Positions 62,185 to 64,000 of a stretch of 64,000 bases of DNA are shown one piece after another. The stretch covers positions 1,178,001 through 1,242,000 of the forward strand of contig MU055753.1 of NCBI GenBank assembly GCA_013239625.1, written 5' to 3'. Source of the stretch: Lama guanicoe. Its lineage: Eukaryota. Numbering within the stretch: the stretch's first letter is position 1; every line of letters starts with the position of its first letter. The notes under the pieces are model-generated. The model did no database searches. It was not told the DNA's origin and saw only the letters and a list, made by a program, of their open reading frames with translations. Position numbers and translations under genes: made by a program.

Positions 62185-64000
62185 TACAATGATTTTTTAA
62201 AATAATGTGTATTAACAGATAAGACAACTGTAGGTTTTATTACTGTTACTTGTATCCAACGTCTTCCTTCCTTTTTGGATTTATTTCCTGTTTTACCAGA
62301 GTATACCGTTGTGTTAGTTTTGCAGAAAAAGTCAGTTGGTTGTAAATTTTCTAAGCCCCACCATGTCTAAAAAGATTTTTATTTTGTGCCCATACTTGTG
62401 GAGTCATTTGGCTGGGTATTTTATTGCATTCCAGGTTGAAATAATTTTCCTTCAAAGAGTGATACTGCTCTGTGGTTTCTTCTAGTATCTTCTTTACAGG
62501 TGAGCAGTCACACCAATTTGATTCTTGTGTGTTTTTTGTAGCTGACTTATTTTTTCCCCCTTCTCTAGAGGTTAAGATTCTTTTCTCTTTTTTGTTTTTT
62601 TTTTTTCATGTTCTAAGATGTTCTGTTCATGTGTGTTTGTAATTCATTCTTTGTACCATGTAGGGTCATTTCCATTGTGAAGATACATTGGTTTCCTGCC
62701 AAGTTTTGTTCTGGTTCTTTCTCTCTTTCCCTTTATAATCTGTATCTTCTCCTTCTGCAGTTTGTCACGGTGGTTCAAGTAGTCATTTCTTGAATCTGAG
62801 ACACTAAATCTGTTCTCGAAAGCTCTCTGTATTGCAGATGCCTTTGACATTGTCACCTGTGTGTATAAGGGTGAATATATGGTTGTTTGGATGGATTGAG
62901 TGACAGGTGAATCTAGCCAAGAATATGTCTTATGCATTGGGGGGAAGAGAATGTGGTTGTAGTAGAATTCACCTATATAGAAAATTCAGAATTCTCCTGT
63001 ATTTTTTTTTTCTCTTTTCCTGGGAAGGTATTGTCCAGTTTTCAGCCTGTGCTTGGCTTCACATCCAGGACTCCGACCTCAGGTCACCATCATCCTAGCG
63101 CTTCTTGCACATAGAATATCTCTGTGGGATAGAGTCTCTGACTGCAGACGTTTTATTTTTCACTTTTGCTCATTACTTAGTTTATTCAGCAAATATATTT
63201 AGAAGGCCCTCTGGAACTTCCAAGGTGGTATGACCCTGCCTTTGGGTCATAGGTTAGTGGGAACACATGGCTGCCAGGCAGTATGCTGGGCAACGTTGGA
63301 GGCATATGTGGTGTATCAGAGAATAGAAACATGTGGTTGACTGTTTTTCAAGTTTCACAGAAGAGAGGATATTTGGGCCAAGTCTTGAAAACATTAGGTG
63401 CAGGGTAAGGGGGTGCTTTTGAATAATTTGGTTTGACAAGAAACTAGGAGTATAGGGGAGTGAGGGTGAATGAGGCTAAAAATTACGTCCTTTCTCTTCT
63501 GTTAGATGTAAACTTGTGGGTTGGGACCACATCGTTCTGTAATCAGGATAGTCAGAGTGCTGGGCCTGGGCCAGTGTTTGGAGAAGCCAGCTGCAGTCTC
63601 TCTGAGGACCACAACCACATGCACCTGACTTCACGTGCCCTCAGGACCTGGTGGCAGATTACAGATGTCAGAGACAGATAATGTCTCTTCTTGAAGCTTG
63701 AGTTGACTGGTAGTTGGGGACAAACAGTATTTCAACCAACAAGTAATCCCTTCCCTTGGTAAAATTTAGTTATTCATTATGGGGAGTGTGGATATCAGAA
63801 CTTGAATAATCTGGAAAACATAATGTTGCAAATAAAAATATAAACTGCCATCAAATCTTTCCACCAGAGATCCAGCGAGTATCAGAAGTTGCTGATTTGC
63901 TGGTAGACAAATAAGAAAGCTACCTACCTCCCAAAGAAGAGATATGACCCCGAAAAATCAACGACAGACTCAGTCTCCAGAAGCAAATGTGACTGTGTTG

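Overview
Mammalian genomic DNA, most likely camelid (alpaca/llama/camel), judged from five tRNA-derived SINEs resembling the camelid vic-1 family. The + strand carries most of CREBBP (CBP/KAT3A). Exons 4-31 (human numbering) are traceable with GT-AG boundaries and a continuous reading frame through TAZ1, KIX, bromodomain, RING/PHD, HAT, ZZ, TAZ2 and NCBD to the stop at 50950-50952, followed by a ~2.6 kb 3'UTR. Exon 5, most of exon 20 and part of exon 31 are hidden in N-runs; exons 1-3 lie upstream of the window. About 7 kb further on are the CpG-island promoter and first coding exon of TRAP1 on the same strand, matching human 16p13.3 synteny. Introns hold SINEs, L1 fragments and old DNA transposons. 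There is no prokaryote-type system (no CRISPR array or operon), and most ORF-track entries are spurious. The best leads are RNA-processing elements: a candidate stop-containing cryptic or terminal exon in intron 19, a long AG-free pyrimidine tract before exon 20, and a 73-bp sense L1 tail placing AATAAA in intron 7. Also notable are a 25-Q tract, an extra SUMO consensus and a perfect CRE in the TRAP1 promoter. Comparisons with human, mouse and fish sequences and repeat subfamily names are from memory and need checking by alignment.
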